Below are positions 28,229-41,506 of a stretch of DNA of 64,000 bases, piece after piece. Within the stretch, counting starts at the first letter, position 1, and every line of letters starts with the position of its first letter. The notes under the pieces are model-generated. The model did not search any database. It worked only from the letters and a program-made list of their open reading frames with translations, and had not been told where the DNA came from. This DNA comes from Eledone cirrhosa (taxonomy: Eukaryota): assembly GCA_964016885.1 (NCBI GenBank), contig OZ024742.1:306900001-306964000 (forward strand), in the 5' to 3' direction. The position numbers and the translations under genes were made by a program.

Positions 28229-28543
28229 GATATACAAATGTGGATGTATGTTCATATGTAACAAATACTAATATGTATGTATGTTTATACATATGCTGCT
28301 ATGTTTATAAATGTATGTAGGCATGCTCACATATGTGTTTGTATATGTATTATTATCTATAGGCATTTGTATTAGAATGCATACTTATATGTATATCTAG
28401 GTTTATATATAAATATATACATATATATAGGAAAATGTTTAACCCCGACGGTAGAGCTGAAGCCGTTTCGACGGCTATTTCAGAAATACCATAACGCACT
28501 CTGGTGCGTTATGGTCTATGTGGTTCCTTACCACACTCTTTCG

Positions 28544-28644
<101 letters not shown>

Positions 28645-29596
28645 TGTATGTACACATGTATATTTCTATATATTCATATCATCGTTGACATCATCCGTCT
28701 CTCAAGCCTAGAACCCTTGTCCACTAGATTAAATCTAAGGGATCCTGCCTGTGACTATATAAGCCAATGTATGAACCACAGGTCTTCTTGCATAACTAGT
28801 ATTTGTTGACTCATGGAAAGAGTAAGCGCGTTGTTCGTTACTTTGAGTTTATTTCATTACAAGCATATTTATTTCACGTTACCGTTTTAAAGTTCCTTGC
28901 AAAACTAATGTACCTGTATGAAGGAGTCTAATTTGCAGGGGTTTTATAACCTTGGTCTACCTGCTATACTATTTTTCTTCTAACTATCTGGCTCTGATAC
29001 ATAGAAGTCAATTTTGCATTTTCTTTCTTTGCGGCTGATAAATAAAGTACCAGCCCAGGTGTACTAATAGAATTGTGTCAACGTATGATGTGATGTTTGC
29101 GTTCTTATTGCCCTAGTTTGCCTTCTCATTTCTTCAGTAGGGGTTCCGATTTCTTTTGTTATGTCAGAATTGCCAATCTGTATCAGCCTTTGCCTTCTTT
29201 CTTCTGTATAACATCGCTGCCGACTGCTGGCCTTTCGAACTTTCAAAGTGTTGATTCTTGATCTCAAGAGACATATGGGTTCCGTAAACTAATAAAGAAA
29301 TCTCTATGAATTATCTGCCCTTATACGGAGCTAAGGCTAAGCAACACTTCAAACATCAACTGAACACAGGTCGTCTGTAGACTCGTTCTTGCTACTCTAT
29401 AATTATTCACAATTAATAGATCCATTAAACATAAATGAGTGACATTTTGTAAGTCGTTCATTATAATTTAATGAATACCTCTTACAGGATAAGTCGAGCT
29501 TGATACTATTTAAAACTGCCCCGCGTTCAACAAACCTTATTACAGTGATTTGTTGCTGGTTTAGTTGCATCATTTCAGTAGTAATTCTGTAAGAAA

Positions 29597-29862
29597 TAAT
29601 TGTTCTTACTTTTTGTCACAAGGCCAGCAATTACCCAGTACATTACTGGTACTTTATTTTATCGACCCCGTAAGGACGAAAGGTAAAGTTAACCTCGGTG
29701 GGATTTGAACTAAGACCATAAAGGGGCGTAACTCTATGCTGCAAAGCATGGCGTCCGACCCTCTACCGATACTGCCAAAGCACCAGAAATAATTGTTTCT
29801 ACTTTAGGCACAAGGCCAGCAATTACCCAGTTACATTACTGGTACTTTATTTTATCGACCCC
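29597..29862 (-). mobile_element. Two tandem SINE copies (full-length ~29597-29784, 5'-truncated ~29790-29862)
   Basis: Reverse complement of the SINE at 45492-45672. gaaataat recurs at all three junctions, like a target-site duplication. Confidence 0.85.
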
Positions 29863-30118
29863 GGAAATAATGGAAGTTGATTATTGAGTGAAGCGGAATT
29901 TCTGCTGCTAAATAAGACAGCGAACAGTAACACGGCAAGATGCGACTTATCCACAACTCTTTACGATCATCATTCTTCTATATGGTTTTTGTCAGTTGTC
30001 AATAATTCGTCCACCAAACACAAATACATAGCCCTATACATTTGTGGGTGTGTAAATAAATACATAATTACAAGAGAAGATTCTCATCCATGCACACACA
30101 TCCACACGTACATACAAA

Positions 30119-30202
<84 letters not shown>

Positions 30203-30317
30203 AGAGAGAGAGAGACCTGGCATTGTTCAAGACGAAGATGCTACGCAGCGATACTGAACTCCAGAATCACATGGATGCGAAGCGAATTCCTTAACCACAG
30301 TCATGTATATATAAATA

Positions 30318-30416
<99 letters not shown>

Positions 30417-30457
30417 ATGTATGTATATAATTATGTATTTATATAAATATATATAGA

Positions 30458-30528
<71 letters not shown>

Positions 30529-31235
30529 CGCGTGGGTGTATGCATATCTTCGGGAAAGTAGGTGTATAAAATATACGAATACATAAGTAGTTTCGCTGAG
30601 AAAGTATCCTTTTACTTCAGTGGATCCTTCTGGCAACACAAACTTAACAATCACTTGAGTACTTCAAGTTAGTAGTTCTTGGCAATCCTACATATACCTA
30701 TTGACCACCTCCACAACTTCTGTGGATATAATCCAACATAACTTTATAACAATTTACACTCTCACACTTCTATTAGAAAATAATTTGGCCTGGAGCTTGG
30801 TTTCAACTTATTGCCCACGCCAGCGTTAAAGTGTACCCGTGTGAGTTCATATAAGTGTTCTAATGGACGGTTGTATCGCATAATTTAAACTGCAGCCTGT
30901 AAATATTTAACGATTTTCTGATAGCTACAATTCAGGCTTGGTGTTTTGTATAGAAATATGAATGCATGTGTATGTGTATGCTTGTATAAGTCTGTGTATA
31001 TTGTGTGTGTTAGAAGTATTTCTGTGTGAAACATTATCCAATTATCTTTCCTTTGTGTTTTATATGTATATGTGTGTATAAATGAACATATACTGAACGT
31101 ATATTTATTTTCAAGGCTGTCTGCATTGTACAGTCTAGCTTACACCTATAATACTTTACCTCTATGCAACAAATCCTTGATTACATGTTGGCATATTCAT
31201 ATATGTATGACACAGTCTATGTTTGTCTATATGTA

Positions 31236-31266
<31 letters not shown>

Positions 31267-32066
31267 CAATTGGGCGTCCAGTGGTACTACTGAAATGACA
31301 GCCACGAGAGATTACTTACCGCGTAGTTAAATATTTAAGAGAAGCATTGAAATTACATCCGAGCGTTTCAAAATAACATCGTGACCAAATTGTAAAATCC
31401 ATTTGCATATTGAATTCTCTAAACAGTCGTCAATAATACGTATATATAAATATATATCAATAAATATATATTGCGTTCACTTCATCGGCAGAGGTTGAAC
31501 AAATTGATCCTCAGGGCTAACGAAACGCACGTAACTAGTATGGCACCGTTGTAGTAACTGGCCATAATAATTATATTCAAACTAGTCCTACGGACATGCA
31601 TTGCTCTATAGCTTGGATATATTTACCTACCTATCACTACTACTACTATGTGTGTGTGTGTGTGTGTGGTTTGGAAGTGGACGGAATAAAATATAACGAT
31701 AAAATAAATTTGTCAGAAGAAGTAATAAAATATTTGGATCAAAATATAATAATATTAAAACGTCGTTCATAATTTGAATCAATCGCATTTGTCTTTCAGG
31801 AAACTTAAATGATATATATTTATATCTTGAAAAACTAAAAAAATAATTCAAACTATAAACAAAGTTTGACCCAAGTGATAAACATTGTTTTATTACTTTT
31901 TCTGACTATTATACCACATTAATATAATTATATCCGCATATATGGCGGACAGCGCTTCTTTTATACACGTGTTGCTGCTAAAACACGACCTACTTCCAGT
32001 TTCATTGTCTTTTGTATTGTATTTTTTATGTCCTCCAAAATATTTTCTATCAATATACATATATAG

Positions 32067-32098
<32 letters not shown>

Positions 32099-32105
32099 AT
32101 ATATA

Positions 32106-33017
32106 TGTCAACTCTGGATGTCGGTGAGCATGTCCAGCTAACCTCAGTCTCCTCTGTGTCACTTTTGAGCTGAGTTTTGGGAGGCTACCATACAGCTCTG
32201 AGTTTTTCATCCTCAATGTATACTGATTAATGTTCAGAGCCATTCCTCAGCATTCTCGTGTAGCACCCATCCACCATCTGAGTGAGTTTCTTGGTCAGTG
32301 TCCAAGTCTCAGACCCGTACAGCAGCACAGACTCCACTACAGCAATGAAGAGGCGGATTTTCAGGTCTTTACGAAGGTCCGACTTCCGCACCAATCTCAA
32401 GCTGTGGCATGCCGCCCAGGCTTTGCCCTTCCTCTCAACCACATCATCTTCCGTATTCCCAATCTTTGCTCCCAAATACAGGATGTCCTCAACCAATTCT
32501 AGCGGCTTCCCGCCTACATTAGTGATCCCCTCTGGCTTTTCAACATTCTCTACCAGATATTTTGTTTTGGTCTCATTCATTCTCAGCCCCATACTTATCG
32601 ACACAGTCTCAACCTCCTGCATCAAATCCTCTGCCTCCTTCACTGTATTTGTCACCAAAACTATGTCGTCGGCAAATTCAGCATCCGATATCTTTTTCGC
32701 CTTAACTCTCCTGCTCTGAACTGGTGTTACAGTAAAGCCAGAGTCCTGGTGTTTCTCGAGTGCAAGGCGCATACAATAGTCCACTACGATGATAAAAAGG
32801 TAGGGAGCCAATGACATCCAGAGTTGACATTGCACTCAGTGCTCCTGTGGGAGCCCCTACATGGACACACTGGAAGAGGAAGACCAAGGTTAACATATGT
32901 TGATGCCCTAAGGACAGACACTGGTCTGTTCGAGACGCAGGACATGGCAGCGATAATGAGGGACAGAGACCGCTGGAGAGAACTCGTCCATGGATCTCGG
33001 GAATTTTACCCGCCCTA

Positions 33018-33021
<4 letters not shown>
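32106..33021 (+). mobile_element. RTE-clade LINE, 5'-truncated, with inverted 5' segment (32106-32812 minus, 32813-33021 plus), in (TA)n
   Basis: Minus part: LAPYLFIIVVD, EFADDI, YLG, LLYGSETW, RLRLAGH. Plus part: LLWEP..GRGRPRLTYVD...MRDRDRWR to the stop at 33018. The uninverted copy at 63755-64000 shows the two parts are contiguous. Confidence 0.92.
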
Positions 33022-33103
<82 letters not shown>

Positions 33104-33919
33104 TAGTGGCATGTAGTCCCCATTACTTTGTTTTCTGAGTTTCATTCCTTTAACAATTGTTGCAATTTAGACTAGACATTGCTCTGGTTTTCAAAGCATA
33201 GGTACCTGTTAAAATTAACTACTGCGATAGGTGTAGTCAAATTCACCGCATCTCTATTCTATTATTTCCCGTTATTATGCCAACTTAAAACTAGGTTATT
33301 GTTTAACAGTAGTATTGTTTAACAATAGCATAATAAAGTTGTGGCAAGAAGAAACAGTACGTAATGTGAGTAACGAAGAGTTTACCACCATCCAAATATA
33401 TACAATTTTCCAAATGTAATTTGAATAAGAAAGCCAATCTTATAAACGACGAAGACAACAACGACAACTACATTAACAAAAAAGACTACAAGAGCATTAA
33501 CAATAACGAAACCAACAAGAACAAGAAAAATAGTAGCAGTAGTTGCGCTGGTAGCCATAATAGCTATAAAGTCTACCACAAACACAATAACAACATCATA
33601 AATAAGAGAAATTGCACTAGCAGCCACATTAGCTTTAACGTCTCTGAAAACCACAAAGACAACAACTACAGCAACATAAGACGGACAAAAGAATCCATAT
33701 TAATAACTATCCGGATGTATGTCAAAATCCCACGTATATTCTTGGGGGAGATGTTTTTTCCTTTCTGTACGTGTCTATATGTATATGTGTGGTTGTTATC
33801 TTGTTATCTTGTTTGTAAAAATAAATATATGAAGGTGCATACGAATTTGCTTACATATGTGTACATATACATTATGGATATCCACATATGTATGTATATA
33901 AGTTTCTTATATGATATCA

Positions 33920-34073
33920 TTGCTTTGACGCATCGAGTTACGGCCCTTGCCATTCTGAATTCAAATCCCGCCGAGGTTAACTTTGCCTTTCATCCTTATG
34001 GGGTCGATAAAATAAAGTACCAGTAATACACTGGGTAATTGCTGGCCTTGTGCCAAAAGTAGAAACAATTATT
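33920..34073 (+). mobile_element. SINE, 5'-truncated
   Basis: ttcaaatcccgccgaggttaactttgcctttcatcc...ggggtcgataaaataaagtaccag...gctggccttgtgccaaaagtagaaacaatt, the same family as 45492. Confidence 0.9.
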
Positions 34074-34275
34074 AATATTAATATTATCGGTATAAACATA
34101 CAGGGTTCATTTATATATGTATATGTGTGTGTGTGAGAGAAAGAGAGAGAGTGTGTGTGTGTGTGCGTGCGTCTCTTCGTGTGTGTGTCGGTGTCTGTGT
34201 GTTCATTTATGCAAAAACATAAAGTTCACATGTACATACATATAGGTATAAACATATGTATCACCAGGCCCACAT

Positions 34276-34372
<97 letters not shown>

Positions 34373-35339
34373 TTGCAGTAACAAGACCACCAATAGGAAC
34401 GACACAACAACAACAACACATGGAAGTTAATAATTCGAAATAAGAAACGTCAGGTTTTATAACATTAGCTTACGACAGAAACCTTACCTGAACGGAAACA
34501 AACAAAGATGTACGCGTTGCTTCCGATTTCATGGCACTTTGTCTGATTTTGTGATATATTGTTTGTTTATTTTCCGATTTTTTTTTTGCTTCTACATATT
34601 GGTTACTATTTTCCTCTTTTTCGTTGCCATTCAGAAATAGTTCCGGTATATATAACTGCTTTTAGGTATGCTTTAACCTTTAGTAAACGTTCATAGTCCC
34701 GAAGCATCAGAAATGTTTTTTTAAATGGCTTTATTTTTCGAAAAATTGCGAACATACCACTTCTATTTTTGTTTATTTTGCAGATCCCACTTATGATTCC
34801 TATATCATTATTTGTTATTTTATTAATTTACCTATGTATCTATTTTTTTGTTTGCCAGGGAGGCTAAGTGTAAATTATCTGGTAAACAGAACAGGCCAGA
34901 ATTCTATGTATCTATATTAATTTTTTTTTCTAAACTTCGACAAGTAAGAATAATGTTCGTGTTCGTCTCATGCTTGTTATAATTCTTTTGAACTTATCCA
35001 CAAAGACTTAGATTGAGTGAGGTAGTGGATTAAATGAAGCTCTGTATTTGATAGGTATTCATTTTAATGGCTCCGAAAGTACGGTAATTTGATATTTAGT
35101 CACATTCATTTACGTTCTACTTTCAGTTTAATTTCTATACTTTGGTATCGACAAAATAGCAACAAAATAGCGACAAATCCAGTACTGCCATTAATAGAGA
35201 TCACCTCTTAAAACTTTCCATTTTACCAATTATATTAATCATGATTGAGATAATAGACCATTGGATTTGGTTAAATAGAGACGATGAAAATTGAATAGAT
35301 GGACAATGAGTTATGGCTAGTAGCCAGTTTATCTAACTG

Positions 35340-36300
35340 ATAAGGCATCAGATCCGTAACACTAGTTTCCAATAAAGCTATAAAGGAATAGGCGCTGAAA
35401 CTATATGTATTCTTTCCTCAAGTGACTTTGACCAACTGTAAATCCTTGATAATGCACCCATGTGGTGTACAATCAAAGGCCCTTTGGTTCTATAGCCATA
35501 TTACAGCCAGGATCTTGCAGTTCTTTATTGTTCTTTTTTTTTCTTGGATCATTTCTTTCTTTTCCCCAGCTTGCTCAGGTGTTATAATGTTATTATTGGC
35601 ACAATAATCCTGCATGATCAGATTGAGGCATACAGTGTATAATTTGTACATGATGTTATGGCAGACTATTGGGCATTTATCGGTAGAGGGTCGGACGCCA
35701 TGTTGAAGCATAGAGTTACTGCCCTTTACGTTATAAGTTCAAATCCCGCCGAGGTTAACTTTGCCTTTCATCCTTACAGGGTCGATAAAATAAAACACCA
35801 GTAATGCACTGGGATGATTGCTGGCCTTGTGCCAAATGTAGAAACAATTATTTTTTAGCATAAGGGGTTCAAACCCTTTTGAAGGATGGCGAGAGTAATA
35901 GCAGTTGAGAGCCATCGGTGTATTTCTTGTGCGTCCTCCATACGTTCTCTATACAACCGTATCAGATCTCGTCGATAAATGGTGAAATTCTTAAACCTGT
36001 AACCCGTCATGAGGTCTTGGCCTGGGAGTTTCTTCTTAGACATTTTCTGTAGAGCTTTTTCCAGTATTATGCCGAATATTTCATATTGCTTTTGTTGAAC
36101 ATGCCGGGATTAGCCATGCTATAGATTTCCCAGCTATACAGTTTGCATCTTGAAGTCGTCGTTTGGTTCCATGCAGAATTCCAGTATCTTTCAAACTGAA
36201 CTTTCGTAGGTATGTCTTTTACACTGGTTAAGCCATTCTCCTTAGAACTAGGCTACACTGATTTCGGATCTTTGGTATGTAATCGATTCAGAATTTCCCG
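35340..36300 (-). mobile_element. Decayed R4/Dong-like non-LTR RT fragment interrupted by a SINE
   Basis: PGQDLMTGYRFKNF...WLSTAIT.., then CPIVCHNIMYKL...NNIITPEQAG.., then KAFD-like sequence. These are the RT entry motifs in the expected order. Confidence 0.65.
35678..35852 (+). mobile_element. SINE inserted in the R4-like fragment
   Basis: Same family as 45492-45672. Confidence 0.9.
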
Positions 36301-37170
36301 CTTATACGTTGCCCAGTTCTTGTTTCACCTGGTGCATTATGGAGTCTATAACTTTAAATACTACATCTCCAAAATTGTTCTCTAGTTTTTCTTTTAAAGT
36401 GTTCTGTTGACGTGTGTAATTGTTGTCAGAGTAACATTTCATGATAAAAATGATGTGTGAGATACGCCTTCGCAGGACTAAAATTCTATTTTTTAAGTTG
36501 TGTGCCTATGTTTACTCAGGTTTTCTACTTGTATTTCAACTGTCTGGCTTTAGTTCTTTACGAAATGCCAGGAATGTGATTGCTAAGAAATATATCAAAA
36601 TGTTTATTGTTTCATAGGTTGTTTTTTATACAACTGGACTGTGGGTCATTCAGATAATTGCCTGCTAATTATTTATGTATATATGTATGTATGTTTGTAT
36701 GTATTATGTGTGTATGTATGTGTGTATGTATGTATGTGTGTGTGTATGCTTCACATTTACTTCTTGAATTTGAATTTGCTTTTAACAGACCACATTTCCA
36801 GCGGCTAGGCTGTAAGAATAAAGAAATTTCCCTAGTTCTTTGAATCGTAAGTATATTTTAAGGATTTTGAAAGTTTTAGATATCGTCGTCATGTGTAGTT
36901 TATGGATTAAGGAGCTTCGTTCTTGTATATATGTACGTACATACGTAAGTATGAATGTATGTATGATAATTCCGATATAAAACCTGCGGCTCAGTAGTTA
37001 CCGACGATGTTGATCTTTTCGGGTTATAGCTACTGTCGCTCACTTTAAAAAATATCTTCACGCACAAGCATTGCACGATAGAATTAATTAATAATTATTA
37101 ATAATGGTATATCGTGCAATGGTCATACTCGATAACGAGGAGGCAGCCATCATATATATTCATATATATG

Positions 37171-37211
<41 letters not shown>

Positions 37212-37339
37212 AAAGTTTTATTTAAAATGTTGGGTTACAACGAGTAAATATTTTATAACTGATATAAAAGCACTCAACAGGTTTTGGAGTATTTTACGAT
37301 ATTAAACAAATGGAAATTACATTTATAAAACCATATTTA

Positions 37340-37401
37340 TTTCATTATATATATTTCAGGGATATCATATTAAAAATATGGTATGCCCTCTTCAGATAAA
37401 A
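37340..37401 (-). ncRNA. Type I hammerhead ribozyme
   Basis: Minus strand: TTTTAT-CTGAAGA-gggcataccatatt ttt aatatgatatccct-GAAA-TATATA-TA-ATGAAA. Canonical core, extended stem II, stem I with one G.U pair. Confidence 0.82.
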
Positions 37402-38759
37402 TACAATATATAGACAGCTTTATAAATAAATTTGACATACCTTAGAGTTCACAACTTCCATTTAAAAAGTTGTTACGGTAGTGAAAATGTTAAGGACGGT
37501 TAGAAAGAAAGACGGAGAGAAAAAAGGAGAAAGAAAAAGAAGGAGAAAAGAAAAAGAAAGAGCGGAAGGTGAAGAAGATGAAGAAATGTATGTAAAGAGA
37601 AAATCACCAAATGAGAGATCTATGAGGGAAGGGGGTACTGTAATTATTCATTTGTTTATTTATTTATTTAGTGTTAAGGATACGGGGAGAAATAAAAACA
37701 AAATAAAGAGAGGTAGATCGAGTAATATCTATTATACGAGGTGGGAGAGATAGGGAAGGGGTGATATACAGGAGATAGAGTTAAAACAGCCGATATAAGA
37801 GTAGAGGGGAGGAGGGGAGGAGATATACTTAGAAACAAAAATGATAGTTTTAAAATATTATGTTTCATCAGTCTATCAATTCCTATGAATTATACTGTAA
37901 ACATCAATATTCATGAATGAGACACATATCAATAATGTGTGAAAAAAATAGTGACTATATGTTTAGTTTAAAAATTCATAGGTTTATAATCAAAATCTGA
38001 GATAAAACCTCAAAAAAATACTGGAATACATAGGTATATATGTATTTTCATGAAAAAAGAGAAAAGAGAAAGAAAAAGAGAAGGTTATCTCAAACTGACA
38101 TTATAGACACATGTGAGTTTACATGATCAGCTCTGTAAATTTTTATTTCACATGGAACTCTTCATTGCGTTAAAAAGATTTTACTATACACATAAGTGTA
38201 CATACATATATATATACATAAAATATACATTATTAATAATAATAATATTCTTGCCCTTTCTTACATGATTATCGTACAAGCATAGAATAGAACAGATATC
38301 AATATATTAAAATATTAAACGCCAAGAATATTTTCCTCCCCAGAATATCTAGGGCCGTAATAAAAACACAGTTTGCCCAGCATATCAATCAATCCCTCCA
38401 ATTTATTTGACAATACTGCCAAGTTTATTAGAAGCAATCAGAGTCAAAAGCAAACAAAACCAAAATTATTCACCAAACTTATTTAGCAGAAATCATTCAA
38501 AAAAACTTTAGGATGCTCGGTTGTTCTACAGATGCTCTTATATTTATTCTAGAAGTTTATCTAGCATAAAAATTTTATTCAATAGATTTGGATCATCACC
38601 GTTTTAAGGTAGTTTAATTACATTATTAATTATATATTCATGAAGAAGGTTTAAAGAATTGAAGGAATCGAAAGATTTATCGCCAAGTTTTCTAAAATAA
38701 TTAAAAGTCTTAAGTAAATATATTACATTTTAAACTTATATTTATATTTAAAAGTTGAG

Positions 38760-40205
38760 TTCAATCTATGTCTGCAGCAACTGAATAAATTGGTCCGTAA
38801 ATTAAGGGAATTTTTAGATTTTAGTATAAAGAATATCTCCTCTGCGCAGAGGTCACATGTCTCAGAGGAGGAATTAAAAGGAATCCCTCTGTTATCCCAA
38901 CGTTATCATGTTTAAGTTGCCAGAGTAAGCCTGATAGTGATGTTGAAGATTTTTTGTTTGGATCTGTGAAAGAATTCTTGTGATTATTATAGCGAAGTTT
39001 AAATTGTGTCGAGGTGGAACCAACATAATTAAAAGAATTTAAGTCAGTTTTAACATTACAGTTGTATATTATATTTTTAACTAAGCAATTGTTATTTAAC
39101 GGGCATTTAGATCTATCTCTACAGTTACAGTTGTTTACTTGAATATTGTTTATGCTATTATCGGTATTTTGGCTAGGTTTTAGATTTCTATTATTTATTC
39201 TATTAATATTTTGTGCTAAATTTTTGGTGGACGAGTAGGTTAATTTTATAGTATGTCTATTGAAAATTGAGTGATACTTACGTGTTCTAGGGAATCGTTT
39301 GTCAAGAGCATTAAAAAAAAATTTAGCGATGTGGGTTTTAATGTTTAGTGAGAAAGGGGGGGGGGGCAAACCAAATTATGTTTCTAGTTCTATTCCTTTT
39401 CTGGTTTTTGGAATTATTGTAATTCTTTCTATTATAGTTGTTAAAGTTGTTACCGTAATTAAAATTGTTGTTATTTTGGTTAGTTTGTCTATTATTATCG
39501 ATGTACATAATTTTATCACTATATCCTGCTCTAGCTAACGCTTCATTGTAATAGTGGGCTTTTTGGTCGAAAATATTTTTATTAGATGAGATACGTTTTT
39601 GAACAGAGTTCACTATAGTATTTTTAACAGAGCTGGGGTGGTTGGAGCTAAAGTTGACATAATTCAAGTTTTCATTTAACTTGTGAAATGGATAGTGAAG
39701 ACATGTGTTGAGATTTAATGTTACATCTAGGAAATTGACTATTCTATGGTTATTCTCAATTTCTATTTTTAGATTAAGGTAATTAAAAAATTGTATAATT
39801 TGTTTTCTTTTTCTATTTAGTTCAGAGTTATTATTTTCAATAAGTAAAAGCATGTCATCCCGATATAATCCTCCGGTAGCACCGGGTATTTTCCTATGCA
39901 GCGAATTAATTATAAATAGGCCCACAAGGTCTGTTATCTGAGCTGAGTCAGATGATCCCATAGTAATGTCAAAATTGCTATCCCTATCTGCCCTAGTCCA
40001 TAGTTGGTTATTAAATTCTATCAATGTATTTCTTGCCGATAGTATAATGTGCATTTCATTGCTAGTTAGGTCTGTATGTTTGAATGCATAATTTAGTGCC
40101 TTATTTAGTAGGTTAGGGGTAATAGATGAATAGTAGTTAGCAATATCTAGTTGAATAAATTTATTATTATTGTTATATTTAATTTCTTTAAACCACTCAA
40201 TAACC
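38760..40205 (-). pseudogene. Naiad-like RT + GIY-YIG, frameshifted and truncated
   Basis: VIEWF, FIQLDIANYYSSI, FDITMGS, GLYRDD, VNFLDVTL, RNIIWF.PPF (frameshift in the poly-C near 39360), CNCR....CPL...CL, IIY...YVGST..FKLRYNNH..SF, CDLC.EE...LN.R...CRH. Confidence 0.88.
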
Positions 40206-40249
40206 TTTCTAAATAATATGTATTAGTAACCACACAGCACCTTTGTCAC

Positions 40250-40346
<97 letters not shown>

Positions 40347-40422
40347 ATGATATATAAAGGGATGAAATCGAAAATGCAACTGAAGTCTTATTTTTTTTTT
40401 AAATATATATATTTATTTGGTT

Positions 40423-40460
40423 CCTTTACCGGTTTCGCAGTTCTTCTGCTTTTCAAAAGG
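40423..40460 (-). ncRNA. Minimal hammerhead, U3-A8 core variant (left arm)
   Basis: CCTT-TTGAAAA-GCAG aagaa CTGC-GAAA-CCGG-TA-AAGG, with stems I, II and palindromic III all intact. Confidence 0.65.
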
Positions 40461-41506
40461 TGAGTTGAGATGGAGGGTCTGTGGTTTTTCTCACATCTGG
40501 TTGGTCTCTAAATGTTACTTGTTTTATATGGAAAAAGTGGCTCGAAAGCCAGGTTTTTCGAGAAGTAATTTGATTGGTTTGTCAATAATTATAATAAATT
40601 TCGCGCCAGTTCGCGTTACAATAGTTCTTCAAATAAGAGAGGGGGGGGGGTTGTCACAGGTTGTTTTTTCATATATGAGTGTTTGAATTTCTTTTTACTT
40701 GAAAAAATGAGGCTCACGAAGGCTTTTTTTTGGGTTGGTTATAAATGAAATTTGGCTGTCACGTGAACAAGTTTTCATTACATTTTTGCGCCCTTATTTG
40801 GAAAACTATTCTGTAGTCTTTATAGTGAATGTTATGACAATGGAGAGATAGTGGTCAAGGGAAAAGGGATTGGGAGAAATGTTCTGGTTCAGTGAATATG
40901 GCCAGCTGTCAGAGTTCAGGTGTCAGAGTTCAGATTTTCTATTGAGACTGAAGATATGTGTTTATTTGTGTGCTTGTGTGTGTGTATATATGTGTGTGTG
41001 TGTGTGTGTGTATGTGTGTATTGGAAGATGATTCTATTAGTAGAGATGGGGGAGGGAGTTGTGTGTGTGTGTATATGGGTGTTATGTGTGTGTGTGCGAG
41101 TATGTTAGATGGAGAGAATATATATTTTGTGTGTGTGTATATATATATGTGTGTAGGAAAGTGGTTCTATTAGTAGAAATGGGGAGGGTGTTGTAGGTGT
41201 GGGGGTTGCTATGTGTGTGTATGGGTGTTATGTGTGTGGGAGTATGGTTAGCATGTTAAGATGAAGAGAATATATATATATATATATATATATTGTGTGT
41301 GTGTGTGTATGTGTGTGTGTAGGAAAATGATTCCTTTAGTAGGAATATTTTTGAATGAACATATTTTCCTGACTTTTTCGTGTTTGCTGTTGTATTGCCA
41401 GTGCAAACGTATGTTAATGTTTATTTAGTTCGGGTTTTTATTTTCTAAAGTAGAAGGTGTTATGTGTGTGTGTGTATGTCATATTGTGGTGTTGACATAA
41501 TGTATA

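Larger units (their letters stand above)
37209..40205 (-). mobile_element. Penelope-like element B (Naiad-like), 5'-truncated, long 3' UTR ending at (TA)n
   Basis: RT/EN coding remnant at 38760-40205. A co-oriented hammerhead at 37340-37401 and a TA run ending at 37208 suggest the 3' end. Assigning 37209-38760 to this element is inferred. Confidence 0.75.

Noticed and set aside
29020-29280. Possible piggyBac-like transposase C-terminal remnant
   Set aside because: No catalytic or complete Cys motif is recognisable. The similarity is too weak to call.
33421-34026. 201-aa Asn/Lys-rich ORF
   Set aside because: It runs through a degenerate (AAC)n tract and ends inside a SINE.
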